DNA of 63,856 nt, filler included, from Lama guanicoe (lineage: Eukaryota): NCBI GenBank assembly GCA_013239625.1. It is 77 parts of 77 records of this genome, joined end to end, with 100 filler letters (N's around TTAATTAATTAA, not from the genome) between each part and the next. Parts side by side here need not be neighbours in the genome. Positions count along the whole stretch, not along the records: positions 62,553 to 63,324 come from MU055439.1; positions 63,425 to 63,856 come from PNXV01013741.1; 75 more parts are not named here. One strand, written 5' to 3'. The translations under genes and the position numbers were made by a program. The notes beneath the pieces are model-generated. The model saw only the letters and a list, made by a program, of their open reading frames with translations. It did no database searches and was not told where the DNA came from. Of this stretch, positions 62,453 to 63,856 are shown in pieces. Numbering within the stretch: the first letter of the stretch is position 1; each line of letters starts with the position of its first letter.

Positions 62453-63424
62453 NNNNNNNNNNNNNNNNNNNNNNNNNNNNNNNNNNNNNNNNNNNNTTAA
62501 TTAATTAANNNNNNNNNNNNNNNNNNNNNNNNNNNNNNNNNNNNNNNNNNNNAACCCAATTCTTCCCCAGCTGGGGAAGCGTACCCTGTGTCACTCACCC
62601 CCCTCACTGTCTGTCACCTCCTCCCTGCCGAATCTGCATTCAGAAGCCACCCTGAGCCTTTGAGGAACATTTTGCCTCATGACACTTTTGACTAGGCCCT
62701 GCAACATCTCTGTCCCTGGTTAGCTCTCACTTCAAAGCCATTTAAATTTTATGCAGACTCCACTCAGATGCAAGAATAGCCTATTTAAACTTCTTCATGC
62801 AACTCCTTAATGAAGATCTTGTGAAGGAAACCTTGTCAAAACCTGGGAGGTGTGCACATAGTGACTGTAACCTCAGCACTTTGTGAAGTTCAGCATCAGA
62901 GGGGTGGGAGACTCAGGAAAGCCTTTTTTAAGGTAACAAGGGGAAAGTGAAAGGACGCAGGCTGTGTGAGAAAGAAACATCTCGGTCCCAGCCAGCAAGG
63001 CACCTGCGTTCAGGATGGTTTNNNNNNNNNNNNNNNNNNNNNNNNNNNNNNNNNNNNNNNNNNNNNNNNNNNNNNNGGAAAAAGTGGGCTGAACATTCCC
63101 TGGTTGAACAAGAGGATTGTGACATGATGTGCTTGTATTTTGGAGAGAAGGGTTTCGTGGGGACAGGCCTAGGAGAACGCTCACTGGCTGGGGAGTCAGC
63201 ACGAAAGGGAACCACAGAGAACTGGACAGACCCCAAGGCCCTGCTGGGGGAGAGGCTGCCCACCAATTGGAGCCTTGGAGGCTGCTTCTGTCCCGTAGCT
63301 GGGGCCTCAGAGCTCCATTCACAANNNNNNNNNNNNNNNNNNNNNNNNNNNNNNNNNNNNNNNNNNNNTTAATTAATTAANNNNNNNNNNNNNNNNNNNN
63401 NNNNNNNNNNNNNNNNNNNNNNNN

Positions 63425-63856
63425 CTGTGTGCTTTTAATGTGAAGTCTTTCTGTCTTCGTCCTCTTTTGGAAGCTCAGCTTGTTTTCAAAGGCCCTCCGT
63501 TGGAGCCCTCTTCTGTGCTGCTCCCAGCACCTGTCAGCAAGCAGATCGCGCCTCCTCCTAACACTGGATCAGGTGCAGCTCTCCTCTGCTTTGGGTGGGC
63601 GGGTCACTGCCCCTCCGGATGCCGCAGTCAGATGTTGCAGACTGGCCAGGCAGGAGGGTGTGTCGTGCCCCTTCCCAAGGGGCTGTGTTCCTGCCCGAAA
63701 GGCGGGGGGCCGCTCTCCCTCTACCAGCGCGGCCGGTAGCTCCGCTGCTCTGTGCGGCTGCGCGCTTCGCCTCAGCGCGCCGACCAGGGGGCCACAGTTG
63801 GGCTCGAGGAAGACCGAGGGACAGCCTTGTCCCTGCTCCGAGCCAAAACCCAGCTC
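63425..63856 (-). mobile_element. Probable CpG-rich LINE-1 5' UTR fragment
   Basis: GC/CpG-rich, partly paralogous to 14-85, with the character of an antisense L1 5' UTR. No coding similarity recognised. Confidence 0.5.

Noticed and set aside
62873..63372. Overlapping 112-149-aa ORFs (similar cases at 23202-23998, 28065-28969, 38139-38558, 46402-46892, 47544-47963)
   Set aside because: No recognisable domain; consistent with chance ORFs in GC-rich DNA, several extended by N-runs.

Overview
This window is not a contiguous locus. It is about 77 short (roughly 0.2-1.6 kb) mammalian scaffolds joined by an artificial 100-bp linker (44 N + TTAATTAATTAA + 44 N, giving stop codons in all six frames), i.e. 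a chrUn-style concatenation, so adjacency between pieces carries no biological meaning. The organism is most likely a camelid, based on a vic-1-like tRNA-derived SINE. The content is typical of heterochromatin and segmental duplications: (i) a 7-bp-based ATTCTRT satellite in 10 pieces; (ii) a 266-268-bp GC-rich satellite plus a diverged relative; (iii) a 249-bp satellite plus a diverged relative with possible higher-order structure; (iv) many LINE-1 fragments, an ERVL gag-pro relic, LTRs and MIRs; (v) two intron-flanked, disabled gene fragments (an ANO6 exon and the ABHD17A terminal exon); (vi) several unidentified multi-copy families seen in more than one piece; (vii) a CpG-rich 9-bp repeat open in four frames. 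I find no intact host gene, no CRISPR array and no multi-gene system. Almost all ORFs in the supplied track are artefacts of satellites or N-runs. All family assignments are from recognition by eye, not database searches.
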